Below are positions 1 through 14,541 of a stretch of DNA of 64,000 nucleotides, piece by piece. Each line of letters opens with the position of its first letter. Position 1 is the stretch's first letter. Made by a program: the position numbers and the translations under genes. Origin of the DNA: the human T2T-CHM13v2.0 reference genome, Homo sapiens. The stretch is from NCBI RefSeq assembly GCF_009914755.1, contig NC_060935.1. The stretch is one strand, 5' to 3'. Under the pieces are notes generated by a model that saw only the letters and a program-made list of their open reading frames with translations, was not told the DNA's origin and did not search any database.

Positions 1-481
1 CTAGCAGTCATCAGCACTGTCTTGGAGAAATACAGAATGGATCATTCACATTTTCTATTTTGTAGTGAAAATCCCCTTCATCTGCACCCTAGTTGCTTTT
101 TAAGGATGACCTCACCATATAAGGCTCCGAGTTTGTTAAGCTGTGCTGGATCGTGTGACTGCTTTATGGGGTGGAACGTGAATTGGTGATGGAGGATTGG
201 GGTTGAGGTGGAGAAGAAACTGATCTTTGCCAATGGATTTATCCTTCCTGTACACAAATCATAATTCCCTTGTGTGTAAAATGAGGGCCAGCACATCTGT
301 CTCCCCACTTTCTTTGCAGTGTTTGTACGTAGTCATTCAGAACTGATTAGCCTGTTTGTAGATTGTTGGACCACACTTCACTTTTCTTATTTCATCTTTT
401 GCATCAACTGATCGACCAGCATTAGAAAATGTCAATCATTGTAGGCTCGTCTGAGATACAGCGCCCAGGTCATAAAAACAT

Positions 482-672
482 GGCTCTTAACAATTAGTAC
501 AGTATAAGTTAGAATCATCAGGGCAGCTTTTTACAAATATAGATTCCTGCGTCCTACCACCAGAAAATCTGATCCAGGAAGTCTGGGATGAGACTCAGGA
601 ATTCACATTTTAATTGACCCAGCAGGTGATTCTGAGGTAGGTGGCCCCATAGACAGCATTTTGAGAACCACC
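482..672. mobile_element. MER5-like hAT-Charlie DNA transposon remnant
   Basis: ttagaatcatcagggcagctttt...cagaaaatctgat...caggtgattctga...ttgagaaccac pattern. Confidence 0.6.
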
Positions 673-1388
673 ATAGAGGATTGCTGGGAAGGACCCAGGC
701 ACTCTCCTTGATTTATGGATGAGGTTAAGGGAGCCTAGAGAAGTGAAGTGACTAGTCCAGGTTGGTTAGTTGGTTGTTAGAGTAGAGGATGCATTAGAAC
801 TGAGCACCAGTTCTGGGCTTTTCCCACTGCCCCATGTGTAGGAGAGTAGACTAATAGGAAACAGACTTGCTTTCCACAGGATTGATTTAAATTAGATACA
901 AGGAAAAACTTCCTGACATAGAAGAGTATGAGGAAGTCTACATCTTTCCCAGAAGGGTTTAATTCAGGGCTAACTCTCATCAGATGTGGGCACTTGAGGT
1001 ACAGTTTGGAGGCAAGGGGAAAGGAAGGAAGCCTTTATTGAACAAATGCTGGTTGTTGTGCATTAAGGGGACCAGAAACTCTTCTTCGGGTCTGCTAATG
1101 ACATCTGAAGTTTCACCTGGACAGCGACATAAGTGGCCAGTGATCCAGGAGGCCTGAATCCTAGCCAGCTGGGATGAGCTTTGTGATGTTGGACCACTTG
1201 CTCAGTTTTCTGGTCTCTGCTTTCTCACTGTGGGACAAATGGGGTTGCATTAAGGTTTTTCTGATTTCTGTGGTTCCAGCATTTTTACTTTTCATTGTAG
1301 CCCCTTCAGCAAAGTTTCTTACACACCATAAGCAGTCAGTGGAGTTTTGTCAACTGAACGAAACAAACACTACTCAATATTGAGAATG

Positions 1389-1739
<351 letters not shown>

Positions 1740-1960
1740 CTAGGACACTTTGAGACTGTCTCTGAACAGTCTGGTAGTGATACCCCCTGTTTTTAAAATT
1801 ATTTATGTATTTAAAGGGATCTAACGACAAGTGAACATGAGTTATAGCTTCAATATCCATGTACTTTTATGAGTGATCATTCAGATCTGTATGCAGTGTT
1901 GACTTAGAGCCACTCCTCAAGCAAGAAGCCAGACCAGCATCACATCTCCAATAGCAGTGA

Positions 1961-2182
<222 letters not shown>

Positions 2183-3159
2183 TAAAGTTATTTGCATGCA
2201 AACACTGAGTTATACGGGAATAATGAATGACTCATGGAAATATTTAGATTTCAAGACTTAAATGCAAATGTGCTGGGCTATTTTTTCTCCTATCATCTGC
2301 ACGAACTTGCAAACTGAAGGGATGGAAAAGTCATGCTTGTGGGCTTTCCAGTAAAAATTACTTCTGCCTCTCTGAATAGCGATGACCAAGAATGGTCATT
2401 CAATACTTGGTGGATCCTGTGTTGGTGATTGGCCCCATGGGTCACTTTGCTCCCTTGCCTGCAGCCCAGATAAGTCACCCTAGCATTTCTCAAGCACGTT
2501 GCCAACTTCCAAGTCTGTGTTCACTTCTAGTGTTGCATTTGGCGAGGGAATGTAGATTCCTTCTCTCTCGATGATCTGTCCTGGAGAATAAATGGTAGAT
2601 AATTTAATGTCATTTATACCTGGCCTGCCCTTTTCTGCATTCCATGCCCCCATCAGAAAGACTCCTCTGGCTAGGTAGGCCAGGGTGAGTGTCACAGTGA
2701 GTTTGTGAGAACACACCAATAGGCAGCAGAGTACAGACACGACCTTCAAGTATACTGGCCGGTGGGAAGAGCAGAGGAAGAGTCACCCTGGCTGGGTCTC
2801 ATCCATCAGTGAATAATCATGACAGTGCCAGCAAATAGCTGACTTTGCTAGTTTATCTTGCTGGACCAGAAGAGCCTTCCTTTCCTCTTGTCAGCTGAAC
2901 TGGCTCTAAGTGCAGAGCGTCATACAGATTTGCCCAATACACTAGTCATTTTCAGTGCCCATGATTCAGCTGCCATGGTATGCTCCAGAACAGAGCCTGT
3001 ACCTCGAGGCTGCCCAACAGGGTAGAGACCAAGAGATCACCCAACATGCCTGCTGAAGAAGTGACCCCTTGCCAGGCCCCACATCCCAGCTCTAGAGAAA
3101 AGGAGATCGTCCACCTTTGCAGCTCCAGCCTATGCTCCCAACCCTGTGATGGGGGTTGT

Positions 3160-3619
3160 TGTTAAGGGTTGAATTGTGTCCCCCGCCACCAAAATATATG
3201 TTGAATTTCTAACCTCTAGGACCTGTGAATGTGACCTCATTTGGAAGTAGGGTCTTTGCAGATGTACTCAAGTGAAGGTGCAGCCATGCTAGATTAGGCT
3301 GGACTCTAATCCAATGTCTGACGTCCTTATAAAAAGAAGGGAATTTGAACACAGACACATAGAGGAGAATGCCTTGGGAATTCGAAGGCAGAGATTGGAG
3401 TGATGCATTTACAAGCCAAGGGACACCGGGTATTGCTAGCAACCACCGAAAGCTAGAGGAGACAAGGAAGGATCCTCCTAGAGTCTGCAGAGAGAGCCTG
3501 GCCCCACCAATACCTCGATGTGGCCTTCCAGCCTCCAGAACTATGACATGATAAATTTCTGTTGTTTTAAGCCACCAGTTGTGGTACTTTTTTATGGCAG
3601 TCCTGGGAGATGAATAGAG
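3160..3619 (+). mobile_element. MaLR solo LTR (MLT1B/C-like)
   Basis: tgttaagggttgaattgtgtcccc start; gtgacctcatttggaagtagggtctttgcagatgta; end ataaatttctgttgttttaagccacc...tatggcag. Confidence 0.8.
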
Positions 3620-3625
3620 CTGTGT

Positions 3626-3965
3626 CATTCTTATTTTAGAAATGAGGAAACTAAGTTGTAATCAGTTTAAAAACATGGGCAAGGCCACATGCTTATAAGT
3701 GAAAGAACAGGGTTCAAACCCAGGAATGATGTGTTTGAAGCCTGTGCTTTCTCCAGGACAGCAGCCTGCCACCCTCCTGTGTGTGGTCTTTGAATCACTT
3801 GCATAGGGCACTTTTGTGCACCCTTTTTCTCATTTGGTCCTCAAGATGGTTCTTTGGGGGAAAGGGGGCAGGTATGATAATTCCCAATTTATAGACATGG
3901 AAACTGAAGTCATGCTTGGAGCTAGTTGAGGGCTGAGCCTGGAACCCAGGCCCCTTAACTCCAGG
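3626..3965 (-). mobile_element. Two MIR fragments
   Basis: attttagaaatgaggaaacta... and cccaatttatagacatggaaactga cores. Confidence 0.55.
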
Positions 3966-4435
3966 AGGGTGTCTTGCCATCGTTACATCTGTTGGTACTC
4001 ACTAGGCAGTCTTCCAGCCAGCACCATTTCTGGAGCTCCCCTCCCCCACATTGACCCCTGGAGTCGGGGGACATCCAAAAGAAATGGAGGCACACAGCCT
4101 TTGTCCAAACTACCCTGCTGTGGCTTGTGGTAGCCACTCAACTAGGCTCTGGCCTTGGTGTCTAGATTCCTGGAGGGAACTAAAGCCTTCCTGGTGACTC
4201 AGTGGCCCATCAGGAACCAGATGGCAGAAGGTACCTGACCCCAAGTGTTTTTGCCACCAGGAAACACCTACTGCTAGGCTGCCCTCCCCACCTAGGGCAC
4301 CACTGTCCTGAATACCAACTCTGGCCAGAAAGAAACCACAATTCACCAATCCTCTGGACATCCCAAATTGGATTGTTGACTAAATGTTTCCTACCACCTG
4401 AAAACCTGTATGAGTTTCCCTGCATTCATTTCTGG

Positions 4436-4792
4436 GATGACAACTTTTCTGTGTCAACTTGGCTAGGTTATGTTGCTTAGATGCTTGGTCAGATACTAGT
4501 CAGGTGTTGCTGTGAAGGTATTTGTAGACAGGATTAACAACTACAATGAATTGACTTCCTAAAGGAGAGTACTCTTGATAACGTGGGTGGGCCTCATCCA
4601 ATCAGTTGAAGGACATAAGAGCAAAACCTGAGGTTTCGTGAAGAAGGAATTCTGCCTTAAGTCTATCACATAGAAATCCTGCCTGAGTTTCTAGGCTGCC
4701 TGCCTTTTGGACTTATTAGCCCCCACAATCCTGTGAGCCAATTTCTTACAATAACTTTCCCTGTCTCTCCCAATATCTCTATCTCTGTCCCT

Positions 4793-4846
<54 letters not shown>

Positions 4847-4880
4847 GACTGTTTGGTGAGGATTCCTCTCCTCTTCTGGC
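4436..4880 (+). mobile_element. ERVL solo LTR (MLT2-like) with internal (AC)n
   Basis: tgtgtcaacttggctagg...gtgggtgggcctcatccaatcagttgaagg signature. Confidence 0.75.
4797..4844. repeat. (AC)24 microsatellite
   Basis: Perfect dinucleotide run. Confidence 0.97.
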
Positions 4881-5827
4881 CTCCACACTGAAGCGCCAGG
4901 ATGCCACGTGGCTGCCTAGACCTGATTGATAACAGGGGGCCAAGCAAGAAATGAGTGCTGGGATTAACAGCTTACACTAAGCAGAACTGACAGTTTCTAC
5001 ATTTTTTCAACAAATATTTATTGAGTGCATTCTGTGTGTGAGACACCATGCTTAGGAAGTACCAAAAAGTCAGCTGAGGGGAGAACAATCCCAAATTGAC
5101 TAACCCAGGGGAGATATGGTTAGAATAAGTCTGAGATGAACGTTGTTATGTCTGAAACAGAGGAGGGCCTTAGGAAGATCTGCTGTGGCTAAAGGATGAA
5201 CTGGTAGAGTCCACCCCAAGAGCCTAATTCTAAACTTACATAGAGACTCTATCTCTAATATCATAGTGTTAAGGTAATGAAATTAAATACTGGGTGTTCG
5301 TTGTTTTGCAATTTTTCTCTAGTTGTTATCTGTGAGCAAAAATATGGGTAATTTAATCACATTTATGATCTATAAGGATCGAGAATGTCTATGTTAGTTC
5401 TATGTTTATGAGGTCACCTGACTGATGAGTTATTGTTACCAAAAAGTGAGCATCTGGTGGCAATCAAACCTGTGTGCGAATGTAAAAATAATTAACTTAG
5501 AGTGCCTAGTTAAGAATTATTGCTAAAGCCTCCAAAATAATAAGTAGTGGCAAGTATGCCTCTGAAGTCTAAAGAAATAATTTGTGACTTTCCAGCGATC
5601 CAAGATTATCTAGGCATTTTCATGAACACAGATCATCAACAGTTGATTGTGGGATATTTACCTTCTTCCTAACACTGGGTATAATCTCTGTTTCTGTTCA
5701 GGCATCCTTAGGACCAAAATAAGAATGTTTTGCTCTTTTTACCACCTACTCCCTGTTACTCACAGGCTGGCTGAGGAGTCTGGCTTTGGCATTCGTTACT
5801 GTTTTTCCATCCTGCTTTTTAAAAGTC

Positions 5828-5930
5828 ACTCTCTCTCTGTCTCTCTCTCTCTCTCCTCCCCCCCGTCCCACCCTCCTTCCCTCCCTTCTTTCTCTCTCTC
5901 TCTCTCTTTTTGTCTTTCTCTTTCTTTCTC
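5828..5930. repeat. CT-rich polypyrimidine low-complexity tract
   Basis: (CT)n and CCCT runs. Confidence 0.85.
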
Positions 5931-5949
5931 ACCCAACTTAAATGTCCAT

Positions 5950-7160
5950 GGTCCTTTTCTATTCTTATTCTACCAACTCTCCCTGGATAATCTCACTCCC
6001 TCCCAAATCTGTGAATCTAACCCTGGCTGCTCCCCTGAGTTCCAGTAGTGTAATTCTGACACATTTCTTCACATCTCCATCTGGACGTCTCACAGGCACC
6101 CCAAAAACTGTGTCACAAGCTGAATTCTGTGTGTTTCTGAGTCACACTTATGCCTCCTTCCCTGTGCCCCATATCAGGCAATGGAATTTCCATCCAGTAA
6201 CCTGAGCCATCCTTAGGTTTTCTTACCTTACAAATTCTATTGGTCATCTCACCTCCCAAAGAGTTCTCAAATATACTGGGTATCCCCACTTGTGCCTTGG
6301 TTCAGGCTTTCCTAATCTCTACTGCCATTCCTGCAGCCTGTATCCTCCTTTAGGGCAAGGCATTTCTTGTCCATTACTGGATCCCCATCAAAAGGCCACA
6401 GTCATTATAAGCATTCACTAAGAAACAGCAGAGTGAGAACCATGGACTCTGGACCCAGACTGTCTGGGTTTATTCCCAGCTTTTACAGTTATTAGATGCA
6501 TGTCACATACATCTCACCTTCTTCATTTGTAAAAATGTGTTGTCGTGCAAAATTAAATGAGAATACATATGTAATACACTCATAGCAGTGCCTGACATAT
6601 ACACAATAAAGTGTTAGCTATTATACTCAACAAATGTATATTAATTGTTCCTTCATAATCTATTTGCAGCCTGGGTGTTGGTTTAAAAAAAAAAAAAGAC
6701 AAATGTAATCATATCAACCTCCTTCTTGAAATCATTCACCAGCTGCCCATCACTCACAAAAAAAAGTTCAACTTTCCTGCATCCAGGTCTTTGCCTGCAA
6801 GCACCTTTGCCCCTTGCTGCTCACTGCTCTTTTGTCAGGTCAGCCCCTTCCTGCCTCCTCATCTAGGTTCACGCTCATCTACCTGCCTCTCAGCCAGCTA
6901 ACGAACTCTTTCCTGGCTTTCAATACCCAGCTCAAATGGCACTTGCTCTTCCACGCAGCTCCCCTAGATGGAGCTGCTTGCCCTCTGCCTATACTTCTAT
7001 TACAACACTTTTAGGTTGCATTACATTATTCTTTGTTTATCTATCTCTCCCTTTGTATCCTCCGATGGGAGGTATATTAAGGGAAAGGTACCCTCTTGTC
7101 AGACCATAGATTTTTATGATACGATTTTTGGTATGGAAAATGTGGTCATCCTAAACATGC
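5950..7160 (+). mobile_element. Degenerate L2 fragments interrupted by a MIR (about 6420-6625)
   Basis: L2-like acatctccatctggacgtctcacaggcacccc and acccagctcaaatggcact; MIR catggactctggacccagactgtctgggtt...caataaagtgttagctatta. Confidence 0.55.
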
Positions 7161-8067
7161 AGTATTTACTTGACAGGAAGGAAGGAGGGCAGGCCATAAA
7201 TCCAGTGATCCTGTGGGCAGTGAATGCTATGCTTTCCTTTGTGCTCCTGATTGGACAGTACTGAGCCCCAGGAACCTGAGATTCTATTAGGGAACCTTAC
7301 AGGGCCAGTATTCTAGGCAGCAGGACAAGTGACCCAAATTCTTTTTTACCTTCTGGCCTTTACCCCTGTAGGTCTTGAGAACAAACAGAAGTGGGATGCA
7401 GATGTTTCAGGCAGCCTAGATGCAGCCTCTGGCTCAGGTCTGGCTGTAGCTGCCTCCTGAACTCACTGCTCTCTCTCTCTCTCAATGCCTGCATATTCCA
7501 CACACAACATAGCATCCACCTGAGAAAGTATCAGAATCCGTGGCTAGGGCCAGATGGGCTTCTAGGCTATATATAGATGGTCCAGCCTTTAGCCTTTGTT
7601 GTCCCCTGATACTTCAAGGATGGGAGCCAAGTGGCAGAACATCTGAAGTTCAAGACTCTTGGTTTCCCTGGCACATCAGCTCATCTCCTTGTAATGATAA
7701 GTTTAGTATTTGGTATAGCAGTATAATTCCAAGGACATTCTGCAGTCAAGGGTTTTATGGTATTGATGCATACTTTGAGCTCTCAAATATCTGTGTGAAT
7801 GGAGGGGAAAAGAACATGAAAAACCAAAACCATTTCTATTTGACGTTAGAGTATATCATGTAGTTTTCTGTCTCTTTTTTTCTGCAGCAGCAATTTACCT
7901 AATGATGTTTTGCTCAGATTAATATTAAAGTGAGTTTGTATTCCTCAAGCACACCCCGACTATTATAGCAAGGCATCATCAGACTGCGCCAGAAGCCAAA
8001 CTGGGATTAAGTGTTTGGCCCATAGAACCCCCACATGAATAAATTTCATCTAAACAGTTCGTTGTTG

Positions 8068-8205
8068 CTGGGTGCAGTGGCGCATGCCTGTAATCCCAGC
8101 CACTTTGGAGGCTGAGGCAGGAGTATCACCAGGGTTCGAGGCTGTAGTGAGCTATGACTGCACTGCAGCTTAGGCAACAGAGCAACACCCCATCTCTTAA
8201 AAAAT
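8068..8205 (+). mobile_element. Old Alu monomer (FAM/FRAM-like)
   Basis: Single 7SL-derived arm with internal deletions and a short A tail. Confidence 0.8.
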
Positions 8206-8808
8206 TAAATAATTTAAAATAAAAACTCAGTATTGACATCTTCAAGGAGATTGGGTATATGTGTAAGATGGTGGTTTGTTGACTCACGTCTCCTAATTTA
8301 TAAAGCACTTCCATATACAGTCTCTGGTTTAACGGAACAGTGCCCGGAAGCAGGTAGTATGATTCTCATTTTACAGGACAAAATTCTGAAACTCTGTGAG
8401 CCCAGTTAGTGCAGAGGAAAGAGGAAAGGCAACACAATGTTGCAGGGGGCATTGAAACCAGGTTTTTGGTCTCCAAATCTCCATACATGTCCAACTACCT
8501 GTCTTTACAGTATCATAGGTGTATTTCTTTCAGTGTCAACGCTATTCTTTAGATGATCTTTCAAGATCCTTTCCCATCTGAGGATACTATCTCTGATCCC
8601 AGAGAAGGTCCCAAGCCAGCTAGAACACCCGAGACTCCCTGGAAAATGTGAGCTTACCATTTTCCCTCCATACCAACTTGTTCCACCTTTGGTTAACAAA
8701 TGGGAAAGTTTTATACTCTCTTCTTTTTCTCTTCTTAACTCTTAGCTAGAGTCTTCTTTCTCAAGAAAAAGAAAAATCAGACAGTGTTTAAAAAGTAAGG
8801 GAGAAATA

Positions 8809-9104
8809 GGCTGGGCACGGTGGCTCATGCCTGTAATCCCAGCATTTTGGGAGGCCGAGGCAGGCGGATTATGAGGTCAAGTGTTCGAGACCAGCCTGAC
8901 CAACATGGTGAAACGCCATCTCTACTAAAAATACAAAAATTAGCCGGGCATGGTGGCACACGCCTGTAATCCCAACTACTCAGGAGGCTGAGACAGGAGA
9001 ATCATTTGAAGCCGGGAGGTGGAGGTTGTAGTGAGCCGAGATTGCAACATTGCACTCTAGCCTGGGCAACAGAGTGAGACTCTGTCTCAAAAAAAAAAAA
9101 AAAA
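8809..9104 (+). mobile_element. Full-length AluS
   Basis: Dimeric Alu, A16 tail, imperfect TSD aaaagt.a.ggagaaata. Confidence 0.95.
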
Positions 9105-10519
9105 GTGATGGAGAAATAAATGCTGACATTAAATTAATGCACGACATTGCTGGATATATTACCCGCTTTTCAAGAAGGTCTGTTTCATTTCAGAAAGACT
9201 GTCTAGGAAAATGGAGAACAATGCTAAGTAAACCAGTGAATCATTTCTAATACTGCTTAATACTCTGTTCTAAGAAAATGGAAAATGAATAGAGTTCTGT
9301 TCCTTAAAGCTAAGTAACATGATAGCCCATATAATGGAAATATGGATCCCTGAATGTATAATAATATTGGTTATTTATTGAGTGCCTCTCTCTGAAGAAG
9401 CTCAAGGTGTGTTAACATTATTTTAGTAATTCTCACGGCCCCTCTTCATGTGGATTAAGGTGCTCCATTCATGGTGCTCCTTTCTATGGGGGAAGACAAT
9501 GGCACCCAGAGAAGTTGAGTGACTTGCCTAGCACCACCACTCAGCAAGTCCAGGTCAATGCCAGGATTAGAATGTAGGTCTCCTCACACCAGATTTTCAG
9601 CCAGTAAGTGAAAATAGATACACTAGCATATGAGTTCTATGGGCAACAGACCCATCTGGGTGCTTTACGTGGATAGGAATTAATTACTTGCTTCCTTTTT
9701 TCCTCTTGGAGTCAGAGGTGGAAAGTGCATGCTAAACCAAAATATCAGCAGACAATCCATTGCAGACACACTGAGGGAAGCCATCCATGGGATCCTGCTG
9801 AGGGACAGGAAGAAATCACCTCCTCCTGCCTCTCCCAGAAGGAGTCTTGGAGACACTGCGTTCTCTTACCTCTTCAGCCCTGGACAGTGTGTGATTGACC
9901 ATTGGGCACTGCTGGGAGTTGACTATATCACAAGCAACCTTTCTATAAATTGCCATTTAGTTCTAAAGACTGTAGAAATGCATATGAAGGACCCTTTGTC
10001 CTTGGCTATGCTGGGAGGGGATAGAGTTTCAGGAAAGAAGAGAGCTCGTATCATGCATTTGTGTAGGGAAATGGTGACTAAGCTACAGAGCCCTAACACA
10101 GATCCAAGAGAACCTGCAACGTGTCTGGTCCACTCTGTCAATGACGTCTTTGGGTAGGCTGAGGTGGGATTGAGTTCTAAAGGTTGGAATCACTGGCTTT
10201 TAAGAGTCTTCCTTCCAGAAGAAAGCCTGGTATTGCCCTAAGTGCTTCTCTGGAGAGCCCTGGAGGAACTCTCATGATGCATATATTACAGCCATAGAAG
10301 CTCCAGGAGTTCTGAAAAGTGGCTGTAGCCAGATAGCATTCTTCCCCAAAGCATCTTTAACATGTGTCACTGTAAGAGAGAAAGTATAGTATTTCTTGTC
10401 CATTGAGGAAGGCATCAGTATAAAAGGAAGTTCCCGCCTTTGTAACACACCATCTCCCCACTCCCCCTTCACTCACGGCTACCATTAGACAGAAGGAGAG
10501 TGAACATACATACAGCTCT

Positions 10520-10700
10520 ATGAGTTAACTCACTGAGTTTCCAAAACAACCCCACGAGGTAGGTTTTATTATTCCTTCCATGTTATACAGGAGGAAACAG
10601 AGACCTAGAGGTTACCCAACTTACCCAGGATTGCATGTCTTGTAAATGGTGGGGCCAGAATTCAATCTTGGGCAGTCTGGCTGCAGAGTCTGGGTTTTAT
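10520..10700 (-). mobile_element. MIR
   Basis: acaggaggaaacagagacctagaggtta...gggcagtctggctgcagagtc. Confidence 0.6.
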
Positions 10701-13700
10701 TCACTACCTGTCCTGACTGCCTGGCTCCGGTGTCCCCATGAATCTGGCTTCAGACTCTGGGAAAGCAATTGCATTCTTCCGAGAATGTCATTTCTTCCAG
10801 TATATATAGAGTGAAGTATCAATGAGTCAACAGATTGTTTTTAAGGATAAGAGGAACTTTGGGCATGAAAGGGGGGTTTAATGCCACTTCATAGCTCCAT
10901 GGACAGCCCCACTACTGTCATGCAAAGGACCTACACACACCAGGATTGTGGTCAGTTGATGACCAGCCCTTTGTATCTCTCCCTCCGTCTAAGAGCATCA
11001 GGGATGCTGATTGATGGTCAGTCTGATGCACAGTCCAAATGTCAAGGGAGCTAATTCTAATTTTGCTGTTGTCTAATTTTCAATTTCATCCGCAGAGCTT
11101 GACCTGTCTTCAACATTTGGGGCATAGACTATATATAACCACCTATCTACTTCCAAAGTGATTGTATTCACCAGAAGGAACTGGCCCAACTCACAGTCAA
11201 CAGAGACGTGTATAAATCAATACAAATGCCTATAAATACAGCAGAGTCACAATAAATGGTGATGGGTATAAATAAATAATGTTTAAGAGTACTCTAAGGG
11301 GGTGTGTAGGTTGAGAGTTTGCTGGCATTGGGGAGAAGGCGTGGGATTAATTAGGGAATTTATTGGAGTAAATAAAGATGCGAAGATGAAAAGGAGAGGA
11401 AGATGCAGTACAGCTGCCATTTGAATGAAGGAGAGTGTGGCATGCCTATGGCACAGCTTGATGAATGAGCACCAGAGAAATTGAAGCCATTGCCAATGAT
11501 TTGAGCGAGGCACTTAACCTCCCTGGGTCCCAGTTCTTCCATCTGTCAGTATGGAAAATTGGGTATTGAAATCAAGAGAACATAGTGAAGCATTTTTAGT
11601 TCTTCAAAAGAAAGGCATCACTGTCATACCTCCTTTGGGCTAAGGAAAATCAATTATTTGGAAGAAATGCCTATGGCATATGACACCTGATTTGCCCCAA
11701 GCGCCAGTAACTCACATGTCTTTTGGGAAGAAAGTGATCTAAACCATCCACATAGAAAAAAATGGTAGGCATTCAGAATCTTGCAAGACACATACTTCTC
11801 TTTGGCATCATAGAGACAGCATGGATTTAGCCTAAGCCAAGGCTGTATAAGCCCAGACCCAAATCTCAAATGACTGCCCATTCCTTGCTCTTCTGGTTGG
11901 CGTCAGTCAATCACAAGTAGAATCAGATGTTGCCTTGCCAACGTGACTGATATGTTTCTGGGGGAGCTTTGTTTATGTCATGGTTTTTGTTCGTGTGATG
12001 TTCTCTGTTTTATAACTTTGGTCTCTAGGAATTTTTCCCACAGCTGTGCATCATTCCTTATCACCCATAACCAAATATGGCAGCTTTAAATAGTGCTGTC
12101 ATTTTCCTCAATTTCACTTGTGATATAATCAGGTATAGATTTCTGACATTGAGCATCTAATGGGTTTTCAGATTCAGAAAGCAACAGTAATAGATTTTTC
12201 AGTTGAGAGACAGATTGAAATAGTCATAAGTGACAGGGCATGTGGAATTCATGCACATTTACTCAGAGAAACTTGGGGGTCAAAAAAGACCCCAGGAGTG
12301 GACCACACTAGTGATTTCTATTGCAGTAGGAGTATAGGCATGATCGGCTCCTTTACTGCTTCTGGACTCTGTATATGGATGCTACCCTCTCTGTGTCTTC
12401 CTGTGTCTGCCTCTGGCTCTTAGGATGATGAAGGAAACACAGTCAAGCCATGATGGACACAGGAATGATTAACTGGGGACTTGGATTCTGCTGCTCTGGA
12501 GTCCTTTGCCTTCTGTTAGAGGATTTATGTAATGACGGGATGAGCCAAGCTCAAATGATTTCCTCATTCTTCTCCTGTTCCCTTCCCTAAGTTACTGGGT
12601 TTTGTCCCCCAGATTTTTCATTTTTCCAGTAATACCTGAGTGTTGTATGCAGACTGAGCATGGATCCACAGTGGGTCAGAGAACTTGCAATTGGTATCAA
12701 AGGGCAGTTCCGTGGTCTGAGCCAATACTGTGAAAGAAAAACAGTTTCAGATAGATCACGTGAGAGGTCACTGTCATGCTGCTGAAAGGCCACAGTGCCC
12801 AAGAACAGCTGCCCTTTTTGGCAGAGGATGAGTATTTCCATCCTCTCCGTGTACCCTCCAAAGAGGAAAGTAAAACTGCACCGCAGGCCCACCGGCTCCC
12901 TAAGAAGGAAGGGAAAAGCATCCAGAAGAGGAGCGGAAAATCACCCATGATGGGGGCTATGCAAATACAACAGGAGCGTGCAGAACTGTCTCCTCCCACC
13001 TGCCTCAGATGCAGCCGTGGAAATAGCTATTGCTACTTGGAGTTTCTCAGCTTCTTCTAGCTTCCCCTGGATAATGAAAGCTCAGAAGGCTGGTTGAGTT
13101 TAGCTCGGTATTGGCAAAGGGAGTTCCCTTTTGTGTTTCTGGGAAACCCAGTGTAAAAATGACATGCCTTGATAGTGACAGTAGGTTGCGCCATGACTGA
13201 TACAATTTTGAGCTTAAACGCTTACCTGTTCATAGAACCCTGAGCTTAGTACTGATTTTCAGTCCTATCCATGGACTTCCTGGATTTCTGGCATCATAGA
13301 ATCATAGCGTTTTCCATTTACAATAGTCCTTAGGGTGCATCTAGTCCAGTGGTTTTATAGTAAATGAAAGAAACCAGCCTGGGACAAGACAGGGTAGCAG
13401 CATGGAGCTGCAGAGAATATGCCCTGTCTCCAGTGGGCAGCCCACACTCAGCTTCAGCCAGTTGGGAAGTTGGACTCAGTGGTGTTGGATCACCCCATTT
13501 TTTAAAAAGCCAGAAATCTAGATTTGTATGTGAAGTTACCTAATTATTTAACGCTGGCAACTAATACAAACTAGGTAGATGCTGCAGGATAAACAATTCA
13601 ACTCTGTGGGCCGTATGCATCCATAAGCCACTGGTGTGTCACCTCGGATCTATTCCCACTCCAACTGAGGCCAGAAAGGGGTGGGAACTTGCCTGAGACC

Positions 13701-13874
13701 ACACGGCTAAAGACTTGGAGCAGATGACTTAACTCCATCCTTCTCATTCCATTTTGTTTTCCCGTGAAGAATGGCGGGGAGCTTGGTGCCCAGGATTCCA
13801 TTCCTGGCTCCATTGTCTGGCTCACAGGACTCTGGCCAGACTCATCCCTGGCCTTGCAACGTGTTTTCCCACGG

Positions 13875-14065
13875 TGCAGTGGAGTGAGCCCTGGGCTTTG
13901 AGTCAGGAAACATGGGCTTTTTTGGGTCCCGGCTCTTCCATTTACGCACTGTGGAACCTCGGGCACATCTCTGACTGCCCTCGGCTTTGGCTTCTTCACT
14001 TGTAAAATGAGAATAATAATTTGTGCCTCCCAGGACTGTTTTGAGGTTGACGGGGGAAGGTCTCA
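13875..14065 (+). mobile_element. MIR
   Basis: ggctttgagtcagg...cttcacttgtaaaatgagaataataat. Confidence 0.6.
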
Positions 14066-14541
14066 CTGTGTGAGATCACCCTGCAAACAAAACCCAGAGA
14101 CTCCGGTTGTATTAGCATCCTGGTGAAAAAGATGTGAGTGTCTAAGAGGGATGCTGTGGTCGAATTCAGCAATGCAGACAGCAGCAGCTCAAAGGTGCTT
14201 CCTGAGTCCATCCTCCACCCCCGATGGAGGACACAGGGTGGTACTTCGGGGCACTGAGGGTTGTTCCTCTTTGCCAGCACAAAGCCTGCCTCACCCCAGG
14301 GAGTGGCATGGCCCCTGCTGCTGTTCTGTGTCACCTGCTGAGGTCAGGGCTGGGTCGTGTCATTTGCGCAGCCCGGCAACACCCTCATTCCCAGTGTCAT
14401 TTAAACCAATCACCCAGAACCCACAGAAATGGGAACTGGGGCCAGACCCACACTCACTACCTCCTCTACCCCGCCCTGCCTGCCCCAAGGTCATGTTGAC
14501 TGAATATGTGCGGTGAATCTTGTTTTTCTCTCCATTTCCAG

